Positions 47,301 through 55,600 of a DNA stretch of 64,000 nucleotides are shown here, piece by piece. The stretch is from Microcystis sp. LSC13-02. Its GTDB lineage: Bacteria > Cyanobacteriota > Cyanobacteriia > Cyanobacteriales > Microcystaceae. A program made the translations under genes and the position numbers. The first letter of the stretch is position 1. Every line of letters begins with the position of its first letter. The stretch is from assembly GCF_002282935.1 (NCBI RefSeq), contig NZ_MTBT01000043.1; one strand, 5' to 3'. The notes below the pieces were generated by a model. That model ran no database searches and was not told the origin of the DNA. It saw only the letters and a program-made list of their open reading frames with translations.

Positions 47301-48763
47301 TCTTTAAAGTTCCAACCATTGCTGGATTGGCGACTTTAATCTCCCAGACTCAATACAATTATCAAGAACCCATTGCGGCAATTCCCCCCCAAAAATCCTA
47401 TCCGATGTCTCATGGTCAGCGTCGTCTTTGGGCTTTAGAATTTCTAGATCACAATCATAATGCTTACGGAATGCCCAGTGCTTATCAATTCAAGGGCAAT
47501 CTTAATATTGATGCTTTTGAAAATGCCTTTCAACAGTTAATTCAACGCCATGAAATTTTGCGGACAACCTTTACTTTAATCAATAATCAACCCCGTCAAG
47601 TTGTCCATAATCAAATGAACTTTGTCATTAAACAAATAGACCTGACAGCTTATGTTAGGACAGAACAAGAAAACTTGATCGAAGAAGCGATTGCCCATAA
47701 TGCCAAAACGACTTTTGATTTAGAAGTCGGACCGTTACTTAAAGTTAACTTACTTAAACTAAGCCAAGAGAATTACATCGTCTTGTTTAATATGCACCAT
47801 ATCATTTCTGATGGTTGGTCAGCAGGGGTTTTAATTAAAGATTTCCTCACCCATTATCACGCCTATGGACAAGAAAATTACCAATTAATGCCCCCTCTCA
47901 GAATTCATTATAAAGACTATACTTCTTGGCAAGAAAGTCAATTAGAAACCTCGAAACTTCAAGGTCAACGGGATTACTGGTTAGCTAAATTAACTCCTGT
48001 CCCTGTGCGTCTTAACTTACCTGTTGATTATCCGCGCCCACCTGTTAAAAGTTTTCAAGGAAATACAATTACATGGCAACCTGAACCCGAATTGATCGAT
48101 ACTTTTGAGAAGTTAATTAAAGCACAAGAAGCCAGTTTATTTATGGGTTTAGTTAGTTTGGTTAAGAGTTTTCTATTCCGTTATACTGAGCAAAATGAAA
48201 TTACAATAGGCTCTGCTATCGCCGGCAGAAATCATCCTGATTTAGAAGATCAAATCGGATTTTATGTTAACACTCTAGTCCTGCGGGATCAGATAGCAGA
48301 TCACGACAGTTTTACGGATGTCCTTAGCAAAGTAAAAACAACCACTTTAGAGGCTTATGATAATCAAGACTATCCCTTTGATCAGATCGTATCTGATTTA
48401 AATTTACAACGAGATCCTAGCCGGAATGCTCTCTTTGATGTTGCAATTGTCCTGCAAAATAATCAAAATGTAGATCTCGCCTTGAACGGAATTACAGTTA
48501 ACTCCATTGACCCAAAAATGATTACCGCTAAATTTGATTTAGAATTTATCTTTGTTGAGGAAGAAGAACTTTATCTCAAGCTAATCTACAACACAGATAT
48601 ATTTATCCATGAGCGAATTTTATTGATCATAGATTTGTTAAAAAATTGGCTAGAGCAAGTTTTAAAATTTGCCCATGAACCTTTGATAAACTTATCCTTA
48701 GCTTCCTCAGAAAATCTGATTCAAGAGGAGCAGGATCTGTTCGCAGAAGACTTTAATTTTTAG
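38306..48763 (+). CDS. mcyE: Microcystin synthetase McyE (hybrid PKS-NRPS: KS-AT-ACP-CM-aminotransferase-C-A-PCP-C)
   Basis: 3485 aa. Motifs: KS (DAACASSLVAVH), AT (FTGQGACYPGMG, GHSVGEY, QAFHSPLM), ACP (LGADSI), CM (ILEIGGGTGAT), class-III aminotransferase (GTEAIMAAVRIAR, IYGKAIGGGLP), C (HHIVADGWS), A with code DPRHSGVVGK, PCP (FFEIGGHSLLL), terminal C (HHIISDGWS). Confidence 0.97.
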   Translation: MVESIDYKKLMATTLSKMEVMQARINELETRQSESIAVVGMACRFPGGINSPEKYWSFCQAGLDAIVEVPKSRWDISKLYSQEPTLGKMNTAYGGFLQENITEFDARFFSISAREAASMDPQQRLLLEVAWEALENANLPLKNLADNKVGVFVGITSIDHALKVYGTNYDQIDSFFGTGNALSAAAGRLSYFLNLHGPCLSIDAACASSLVAVHQGIRSLRNRECELALVGGVNLILEPAITITLSQSGMMSPDGRCKTFDASANGYVRGEGCGVLILKTLSEAQKNGDQILALLRGSAVNHNGAAAGLTVPSGPAQQELLRQALANARIVPEDVSYIEAHGTGTSLGDPIELNAIASVYGKRSDPLYVASVKTNIGHLEAAAGMAGIIKTILILQQGKIPPHLHFQSPNPLVDWEDHPIKIPTQNIPWPNNNKVPIAGVSSFGFSGTNAHVIVQQAPVSKISEIQQQIPSHLLTLSAHNTTALKELAKRFHTLLESHPEIGDICYSAAVGRIDLPERLAIVGDTCPELQQRLAAFAEENPLDDLTFYQRFTSEKSPKIVFLFTGQGACYPGMGHQLYQTQPTFRQYIDQCAEILAKYLDHPLTEILFGEQTDLLNQTAYAQPAIFALEYSLTMLWKSWGITPSLLIGHSVGEYVAACIAGVFSLEAGLALIVKRGQLMQTTTSGKMASIFADEETVSSLIKNYNETVSIAAINHPQQIVIAGESASLEEVISTCKKQKIPAQYLPVTQAFHSPLMEPILKEFEKEARQISYQRPQILLLSGLDGEVLENAPDATYWSKQCREPVRFLSSLITAFNKGYNLFLEVGPRPILAEQGRRYKDEVIWLSSLNRGLDNWQTILSALGQLYLNGLPFNPEQFNQNYGYKKVRLPNYPFQRKPFQFQPNPRTENQSIDKIFLDSQTSNLTETTVFNMQKHQQEIRNQLKSILALLLKEDENDLPEDETLLNLGADSIILTDFSRKIEEKFQVKVKIDQLFTDLQTLVDISEYLCQFVKEKPLENTSEITTKVIDDETELSNYLQVINQLQPIATAYIIKALESLGKKLNQGEQWTIETLRQTLPIAPKYHILLNRYLQDLEQANILQNQGNVWTVKNLPEYFSLPQALQKLEKICPSAKPELEMLQRCGENLAEVLKGNTDPLTLIFPEGSVAHAESIYGNSPVSRLMNQRVAQAINQILKNFSNSDRPYRILEIGGGTGATSEAILNHLNLDHVTYSFSEVSPFLLHQARQKFQKKYNLNFHQLDIEKSPISQGIPAHTYHIVVAANVLHATRNITETLTHIRELLRPGGYLVLLETVENNSWLNLTFGLTPGWWRFQDQQLRSDTPLLRGENWCSVLKSCGFATANSFSKQNNIPINNGQELILACVPDETLSIPAMPKLTVSGESSGKEALMMAQLQSLKDLKDLHEKTIIKQLEVLQTAPVSPSIAPEILTNQTQIIPAQSSKIETYPPVSQEKPKSPEKPSSPNLNPLALKLTENKSLTEQQQAFIQNLQGIYNQKTAKSKAYSQNSRKTMVDVKPTIDFRMALKEFQYPIVSESAQGAYFKDIDGNNYIDLAMGFGVNFFGHSPDFVIEAVQEQINRGIGLGMQSNLAAETAALISEMGRVERVAFSNTGTEAIMAAVRIARSRTKRQKIVMFAGSYHGTFDGILARVGEDKTTAQPLSLGTPLGMVEDVIVLSYGVEESLDIIATHADDLAAVLVEPVQSRKPDLQPQEFLQKLRQITHKKGITLIFDEIITGFRIAPGGAQEWFNVEADIVIYGKAIGGGLPISMICGKADFLDTVDGGFWQYGDDSHPQTELTAFGGTFCRHPLALAACRAVLLHLRENSTTIQEKVNQLTHRLATEVNQFFQEIGIPIRVVNFGSLFRFEPFGAYSIFLQPIELPLFYYLLNLKGIYTWEKRVCFLSTCHTNEDIDKVIVAVKEAITELQQAGFFANAKRPQVKKEEKKPLSEDEDGRGHLPSLNQSFPTSEAQRQLWLLAELDRNASASYNVTTSLELRGSLDVYILEKTINQVINRHEALRTQIIEQGELQEVVNEVNIKLKLIDLKDEDNPEATALALRSQFSQKPFDLSIAPLFAVILMRLKPGHYLLSLKTHHIVADGWSLGLILQEIGQFYSSSNNTTKEVLKPPMQFRQYLTLRAQETQSPQMLEHRDFWLKTYQEDLPTFELPTDFPRPAVKTYTGGQESQVIPSEVGQNLQKVGRKNKATLFMTMFAAYTAFLRRISGHKDLVIGIPISGRQIEGSDNLVGFCSQFLPLRIQVDATTSFIEHLQHTKQTLIDAFRHQSYTLEDLLAALQLPRDFSRSPLISVSFNMDPSLTLPEFKDLKVSLPPEPIGYTPFDLGFNLIELNDNLIIYCNYNTELFKKETIKQFIESFEILLRGIIDDANNLLYQLPLLTSVQQEQLLRQLTGKTRKLPEKSTIIDDFVAQVKLTPNAPALIAGKISLSYQELNEKVNRLTHYLQQEYQLGVGKVIGVMLQRDHNLIIGILATFKTGATYVPIDSQYPNSRIEFILKDSGCHVCLTESNFISKLPEKIEKICLDKIDPIVEKYDKNEPKIFRNSNQTAYIFYTSGSTGNPKGVMGRHISILNVIQSLRLTFDLDKHPEWRYIFTAAVTHDPSIRNIFLPLTIGASLYMYEIKYIGHLVSFLQENQINALHTTPSIYREIFGLLEPEETISSLKYISVGGEKLDRETALALRKRFPAEIVSNVYGSTETCVGVSQYEITENLDSEIPLGQVFHNNRLGVLDEFNNPVPLHVIGEICVEGAALASGYHNQPEMTQEKFKPSFLDETKTLFRTGDLGKQTAPGIIEFIGRKDNQVKVNGYRIDPGEIEYQLTRYAPIERAIVLPVQVNNQTQLSAYCQTEKILEIAEIREFLAKFLPVYMIPSYFIFLKQFPLTRHGKLDLHSLRELRETGKSLVNSNYVAPRNYLESNLVSIWEKILSKYPIGIFDNFFEIGGHSLLLSRVVTRVHKELNVSVKLADFFKVPTIAGLATLISQTQYNYQEPIAAIPPQKSYPMSHGQRRLWALEFLDHNHNAYGMPSAYQFKGNLNIDAFENAFQQLIQRHEILRTTFTLINNQPRQVVHNQMNFVIKQIDLTAYVRTEQENLIEEAIAHNAKTTFDLEVGPLLKVNLLKLSQENYIVLFNMHHIISDGWSAGVLIKDFLTHYHAYGQENYQLMPPLRIHYKDYTSWQESQLETSKLQGQRDYWLAKLTPVPVRLNLPVDYPRPPVKSFQGNTITWQPEPELIDTFEKLIKAQEASLFMGLVSLVKSFLFRYTEQNEITIGSAIAGRNHPDLEDQIGFYVNTLVLRDQIADHDSFTDVLSKVKTTTLEAYDNQDYPFDQIVSDLNLQRDPSRNALFDVAIVLQNNQNVDLALNGITVNSIDPKMITAKFDLEFIFVEEEELYLKLIYNTDIFIHERILLIIDLLKNWLEQVLKFAHEPLINLSLASSENLIQEEQDLFAEDFNF

Positions 48764-48794
48764 TCAACAGCAATTATACGAGCAGGAGATTTGA

Positions 48795-49550
48795 ATGAAG
48801 ACAAAACTACCGATTCTTGGCATTTTAGGGGGTATGGGACCAGTGGTAACCGCCGAATTTCTTAAGTCGATTTATGAATATAACCCTTTTATTGATAAGG
48901 AACAAGAAGCCCCTAATGTCATCGTTTTTTCTCTTCCCTCTGCACCTGATCGCACAGGTTCTATTGATAGTGGAAAAGAAAGAGAATTTATTGATTTTAT
49001 CCAAGTCAATTTGGAACATCTCAATAAACTGGCTGATTGCATAGTCATTGGCTGTTGTACGGCTCATTATGCTCTACCTCAGATTCCCGAAAATCTGACG
49101 GATAAACTTATTTCCTTAATTAAAATAGCGGATCAAGAACTCCAAGAATATAATGAACCTACCCTTTTACTTGCTAGTACAGGGACTTACCAGAAAAAAT
49201 TATTTCATGAAGGCTGCACCACCGCAGATCTGATTATTTCTCTCTCAGAAAGTGATCAAAAGTTGATTCATGAAATGATCTATAAAGTGCTAAAAAGAGG
49301 ACACGATCCGTTAAGTATTCTTAGGGATATAGAAGCATTATTAGAGAAATATAACACGCGCTCCTATATTTCTGGGTGTACCGAATTTCATCTCTTAACA
49401 AAATCTCTCAAACTCAAAGGAATTGACTCCATTAAAGCGATCGATCCTTTAAGTACCATCGCTCAAAACTTTTCTCAGTTAATCATCAAACAAGCTCAGG
49501 TAGATCTAGTGACCGACTGCCATCAACCTTCAAACCCAAAAAGCCCTTGA
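48795..49550 (+). CDS. mcyF: Asp/Glu racemase McyF
   Basis: 251 aa, preceded by AGGAG. It has the two-cysteine racemase motifs IVIGCCTAHY and YISGCTEFHL. It sits between mcyE and mcyG as in the Microcystis cluster. Confidence 0.95.
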   Translation: MKTKLPILGILGGMGPVVTAEFLKSIYEYNPFIDKEQEAPNVIVFSLPSAPDRTGSIDSGKEREFIDFIQVNLEHLNKLADCIVIGCCTAHYALPQIPENLTDKLISLIKIADQELQEYNEPTLLLASTGTYQKKLFHEGCTTADLIISLSESDQKLIHEMIYKVLKRGHDPLSILRDIEALLEKYNTRSYISGCTEFHLLTKSLKLKGIDSIKAIDPLSTIAQNFSQLIIKQAQVDLVTDCHQPSNPKSP

Positions 49551-49571
49551 CCATCGCACCCCTAGGAGGTA

Positions 49572-49589
49572 CAATTCAAACTTGAATTG
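49572..49589. repeat. Perfect palindrome CAATTCAA-AC-TTGAATTG
   Basis: Read directly. It lies 22 nt after the mcyF stop and 93 nt before the mcyG ATG. Confidence 0.9.
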
Positions 49590-49681
49590 GCCACTTCTGA
49601 CTTTTAACTTGCGCGTAGCGATATACTGATTCATAGGGTTTTCGAGATTGGTTCTATTTTTGATAAAGAGGTGGAAAAAAA

Positions 49682-52600
49682 ATGTCTAAGCATTCAATCA
49701 GTTTTGGAGGACAATTGGAAGATAATTGGCGGACTCTGTCAGAAGTCTTAGAAAGTGCCACTAAACATAATAATCATGGAATTACTTATATTAAAAATGA
49801 CGCAACTGAATATTTTCAGAGTTATCAAGACTTATATCAAGATGCTCTGGTTATTTTAAATGGACTGGAACACAAAGGAATAAAATTAGGGCATAAAGTC
49901 ATTCTACAAATTGCCAAAAATCAAGACTTTATTCCCGCACTCTGGGCTTGTTTTTTAGGGGGAATTATTCCAGTTCCTTTGACCGTTGCTCCTAGCTATG
50001 ATCTGGAAAATTCTGCCGTCAAAAAACTAGAGAATGTTTGGAAAATTTTAGACAATCCTTTGATATTATCCGACAGTGAACTAATTACTGAAATTGAAAA
50101 ATTAGGAACTTACTCTCATCTAGAAGGGTGGCAAGTTATCTCGGTTAATGAACTCAGAAAAGCCCCCTCTAAAGTCCATCAATTACCGATTATTGATCCA
50201 CAAGATACGGCCTTATTACTTTTTACTTCGGGTAGTACGGGTATGCCCAAGGGAGTAATATTAACTCATCATAATATTCTGTCCATGACTGCTGGTACAG
50301 TGGCAATGAACCACTTTACCCAACAAGAAGTTACCCTTAATTGGATGCCCTTAGATCATGTAGGAGCTATCGTATTTTTAGGAATTATGGCGGTAGATTT
50401 GGCTTGTCATCAAATTCATGTTCCGATGGAATTAGTCCTACGCCAACCTCTCCAATGGTTAGACCTCATTCAAAAGCATCAAGTAAGCATTTCTTGGTCC
50501 CCTAACTTTGCATTTTCCTTAATTAATCAACAGGCCGAAGAACTTAAGCACGCCTCTTATAACCTCTCCTCAATGAAATTTTTAGTGAATGCTGGCGAGC
50601 AAGTTTCAGTAAAAACGATTCGCCTATTCTTAGAAATTCTTGAAAAACATCAACTACGGGAGAGAGCGATTAAACCAGCTTTTGGCATGACTGAATCCTG
50701 TTCTGGGATTACTTGGTCAGCCGGTTTAAGTAAAAATGAACTCACCGAAGAAAATAGTTTTGTCTCTCTAGGAAAGCCGATTCCTGGAGCAACTATCCGG
50801 ATAGTCGATCAGGAAAATAATCCTTTACCTGAAAGAGAAATTGGAAAGCTTCAAATTCAAGGTAATTCTGTTACTAAAGGATATTACAATAATACTGAAC
50901 TCAACCTGGAAGTTTTTCAAGAAGGGTGGTTTACTACGGGAGATTTGGGGTATTTATTTAATGGGGAACTCTTTATTACTGGGCGAGAAAAACAAGAAAT
51001 TATAATTAATGGTGTTAATTACTTTGCCCATGAACTTGAAACAACAATCGAAGAATTAGAAGGGGTTAATGTATCTTATACAGCCGCCTTTGCCGTCTTT
51101 GATCAAAGTCGAGAAACTGACTTATTAATTATTACTTTTAGCCCAGAATCTGATCAATTTGAACACTGGATAAAAGTTGTTAGAAAAATTCGCAGTCATT
51201 TGACCCAAAAATTCGGGATTGCTCCAGCTTATGTCATTCCCTTAGAAAGGAATTTAGTTCCTAAAACCTCTATTGGCAAGGTTCAAAAATCTAAATTAAA
51301 AAAGGATTTTGAACAGGGATTATTTACCAGCCTTATCCAAGAAATAGATCAATATTTAGCAAAAGAGCGCCAGAAAAATCAAACCTTACCTCAATCAGAA
51401 AATGAACGTCAAATAGCAGCAGTTTGGAGTGAAGTTTTACAGTTAACCTCAGTTGGTTTAGAGGATAACTTCTTTGAACTAGGGGGACATTCTATACACT
51501 TAATCCGAGTTCAAAATGAACTTGAAAAACTTTTTAACCGTCAGCTATCCCTTGCTGAAATGTTTAAAAATCCTACCGTTGCCACCCTAGCCCGTTTCTT
51601 AAGCGAAGAATCAAATACCACTCAAGTTATAGCACAAAAAAGCCGTCAACGTGCCGAAAATCGGACCCGTCGCCATAATGAAACCCATGACATTGCAATT
51701 ATTGGTATGGCGGGGCAATTCCCTGGGGCTAAAAATTTAACAACCTTCTGGGAAAATTTAAAAAATGGAATCGAAACTATCTCTTTCTTTTCGGAAGAAG
51801 AATTACAAGAGTCGGGAGTGTCTCAAGAACTCTTTAATCAGCCTAATTATGTTAGAGCTAGACCAATTCTCGATCAAGTTGAATACTTTGACAGCGAATT
51901 TTTTGGCTATACAGATAGAGAGGCAGAATTACTAGACCCTCAGCAACGTTTACTTCTTGAATGTAGTTGGGAATGTTTAGAAAACGCTGGTTATAATCCT
52001 AGTACTTATCAAGGAGCAATTGGTATATTTGCTGGCGCAAGTATGAACACCTATTTGATAAATAATTGTTATCCTAATCGGGGTCAATTAGATAGTAATG
52101 ACGAGTTACAACCCTTCACACTAGATTCAACGGGAGGGTTTCAAACAATGGTAGCTAATGACAAAGACTATTTAACAACGCGAATTTCTTATAAACTAAA
52201 CTTACAGGGCCCAAGCGTTAATGTTCAAACTGCTTGCTCTACTGGATTAGTTGTAGTTCATCTCGCTTGTCAGAGTCTAATTAGTGGAGAAAGTGACATG
52301 GCTCTAGCTGGAGCTGCTTCAATTAATTCTCCTCAAAAAATTGGTTACTTATATCAAGAAGGACTGATCATGTCTCCTGATGGTCATTGTCGCGCCTTTG
52401 ATGCTGAAGCAAAAGGGACTATTTTTGGCAGTGGAGTAGGAGTAATTCTGCTCAAAAGATTGTCAGATGCTTTAGCCGATCATGACCATATTTATGCAGT
52501 TATTAAAGGCTCTGCTATTAATAATGATGGTGGCCAAAAATTAGGATTTACTGCGCCTGGTGGAGAGGGTCAAATTGCTGCCGCTACGGAAGCCCTAGCC

Positions 52601-55600
52601 TTTGCCGGTGTTGATGCTAATACAATTAGTTTTGTGGAAGCTCATGGCACAGGAACCCCCCTTGGAGATCCCATTGAAGTTGATGCTTTAGGTAAAGTTT
52701 ATCAGGGTGCAAATGAGGGAGAATGTGCTTTAGGTTCAGTAAAAACTAATATCGGACATATGCAGATTGCTTCTGGTATTGCTGGTTTAATTAAAGCGAC
52801 TTTAGCCCTCAAATATAGAGTTATTCCACCTACATTACATTTCCAAAATCCTAACCCTCAAATTAATTTTTCTCAGACTCCTTTTTATATTAATAATGAA
52901 GCTATTTCTTGGACTACTAAGCAAGACAAGGACGAAAAATTACCCCGACGGGCAGGGGTAAACTCTTTAGGTATTGGCGGGGTTAATGCTCATGTTATTC
53001 TAGAAGAAGCTCCTCCCATTATTCCTCAAGACAATCAGAGCAAACGTCCCTATCATTTGCTCACCCTTTCCGCTCGAACCGAACCGGCTTTAACAGATTT
53101 AGTAAGTCGCTACATAGACTTTTTAGAAAGTCAACCTGAAAAGGATATGTCTGATGTAGTATTTACGGCCAATACAGGCCGAGTTCATTTCTCGAATCGT
53201 TTAGCATTAACTGGCTATAAAAACAGTGATTTTATTGAACAATTACGTCAGTTCAAGCAACTAGATTATCAGTCAACTATTCATGGTATAGTTGATGAAA
53301 AAAGACCGCCTAAAATTGCCTTTTTATTTACAGGACAAGGTTCTCAATATGCAGGGATGGCTCATCAACTCTATCAGACTCAACCCACCTTTAGAAAAAC
53401 TTTAGACGCAGGGGAAAACTACTATCAAAAACTAACGGGTAAATCCCTGCTAAACGTCGTATTTGCTGATACAGATGACCCCTTAAACCAAACCGCTTAT
53501 ACCCAACCGGCACTATTTCTGATTGAAGTTGCTCTCGCTCAATTATGGCATTCTTGGGGAATTCAACCGGCCGCCATTTTAGGGCATAGTTTAGGAGAAT
53601 ATTCTGCTGCTTGTTTTGCTGGCGTTTTTGATCTTGAAAGTGGCTTAAAACTGGTCACCCATCGAGGCAATTTGATGGGGCAGTTACCCCAAAATCAAGG
53701 AGAAATGGCCGCTATTTTTCTCGATAAGAACTCAGTTATTGAGCAGTGCCAAAGCCAAGGCATAAAAATCGCTATTGCTGCCATTAATGCGGAACAACAT
53801 ACCGTTATTTCTGGAGAAAAAAGCGTAATTCAAGAACTCTGTAACCATTTCAATAATGCCGGGGTGAAAGTTCGTCAACTCAAAGTTTCCCATGCTTTTC
53901 ACTCCCCTTTAGTAGAGCCAATGGTTGCAGAATTTAAAACGATTCTTCAAGAGACTTCTTTCAGTCAACCTCAAATTTCTCTGGTCTCTAACCTAACAGG
54001 AGAAATTGCTGATGACAGCATTATGACTCCTGAGTATTGGCTTCAACATTTACTAAATACGGTACAATTTCATCAAGGGGCTTTACTCCTACAATCTCTC
54101 GGATGTGATACCTTTATTGAAATTGGACCTCAACCTATTCTCTCAGGAATTGTTCAATCATCCCTATCTTCATCTGAACCTCTAACTCTACCCAGTTTAC
54201 GCTCAGGATTTTCTGATTGGCAAGTTTTATTAGAAAGTCTGGGCAAACTTTATGTTCGCGGTGCAAAGATAGACTGGTTTAGTTTTGATCAAGACTATCA
54301 TCCTAGACGATGTGCTTTACCTACTTATCCCTTTCAAAAACGTCAACACTGGATTTCTTTAAAAACCCCATCTGCAACTGTTCCACGGGAATCTAATCTG
54401 GTCAAAATGTTATCTGAAAAGGACAAAACTACTTTAATGCAAACCCTCTTAGAAACAGGTCATTATTCTGAAGATGAAAAACCAACAATATCCGCCATTG
54501 TTCAACAGTTGATTAAACTGTATTATCAAGAAAAAGAGGACTTTAATTTTGCCAAATTACTTTATCAAGTAGCTTGGCTTCCCTGGGATTTAGCCAACGG
54601 TAAGCTACAAAATTTGACCCCCCTTAAAACGGATTTAGAGGTTTACTTAGAACCCCAATTACACTCCTCAGAATTGATGGGAGTTTCTCTCGCTTTTTCC
54701 GAAATGGAAAAACTGGCAGCTGACTTTGTAGTTAAAGCTCTGAAAGATTTAGAACTCTTTCAAATGAATACCTTTCTTGATCCCGATCAAAGTTTTATTC
54801 AAGCTGAACTCAAACAAGAATATAAATCTTTCTGGAATCATGTTCTAGAAATATTAGCGAAAGTCGGCATTTTAGAAAAGCAAAATACCCTATGGAAAAT
54901 TGTTAAAGAACCCGAACACTCTAATCCTGATTTAGCGGTAGAGGATTTAATCAATCATTATCCTAATGCTCAAATAGAACTCAATCTATTTCGACAAGTT
55001 GCCACAAATTTAGCAGCCATTATTACGGGAAAAATATCCCCTTTATCTATCCTATTTTCTCAAGATGGACAAGGAGGAGCCAGCGAGTTTTATAAAAATA
55101 CATCTTCGGCAAAAATTCTCAATCTGGGTATCTCTAAAACCGTTGAACTTCTACTCTCAAGTTATGCTCCCTCAGCTTCCCTCCGCATTCTCGAAATTGG
55201 CGCGGGAACTGGAGCTACAACCCAACAGGTTCTTAAAGCTTGTAAGTCTCGTCAAATTACCTACACATTCACTGATGTTTCCCCCTTCTTTCTAGAGAAA
55301 GCTAGAGATAATTTGGCTGAATTTTCTGGACTAGAATACAAAGTCCTCGATATTGAAAAAAGTCCGAAATCCCAAGGGTTTTGCTGTCATTCTTATGACT
55401 TGATTATCGCAGCTAATGTCTTACACTCTACCGCCAATTTACAAGAGGAAACCTTGCCTCATATTCAAAGTTTACTACGTCCAGGCGGTCATTTATTACT
55501 GTTAGAATTAACTCAGCAATCTTCCTGGATTGATTTAATCTTTGGTCTGACCCAAGGTTGGTGGCGTTTTAGCGATTATCATTTGCGCCCAAATCATCCT

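Noticed and set aside
49564-49569. AGGAGG immediately after mcyF, which could indicate a small ORF
   Set aside because: The nearest downstream start is a TTG 12 nt away, opening a 15-codon frame with no recognisable features. The spacing is poor and the element overlaps the palindrome, so it is not supported.
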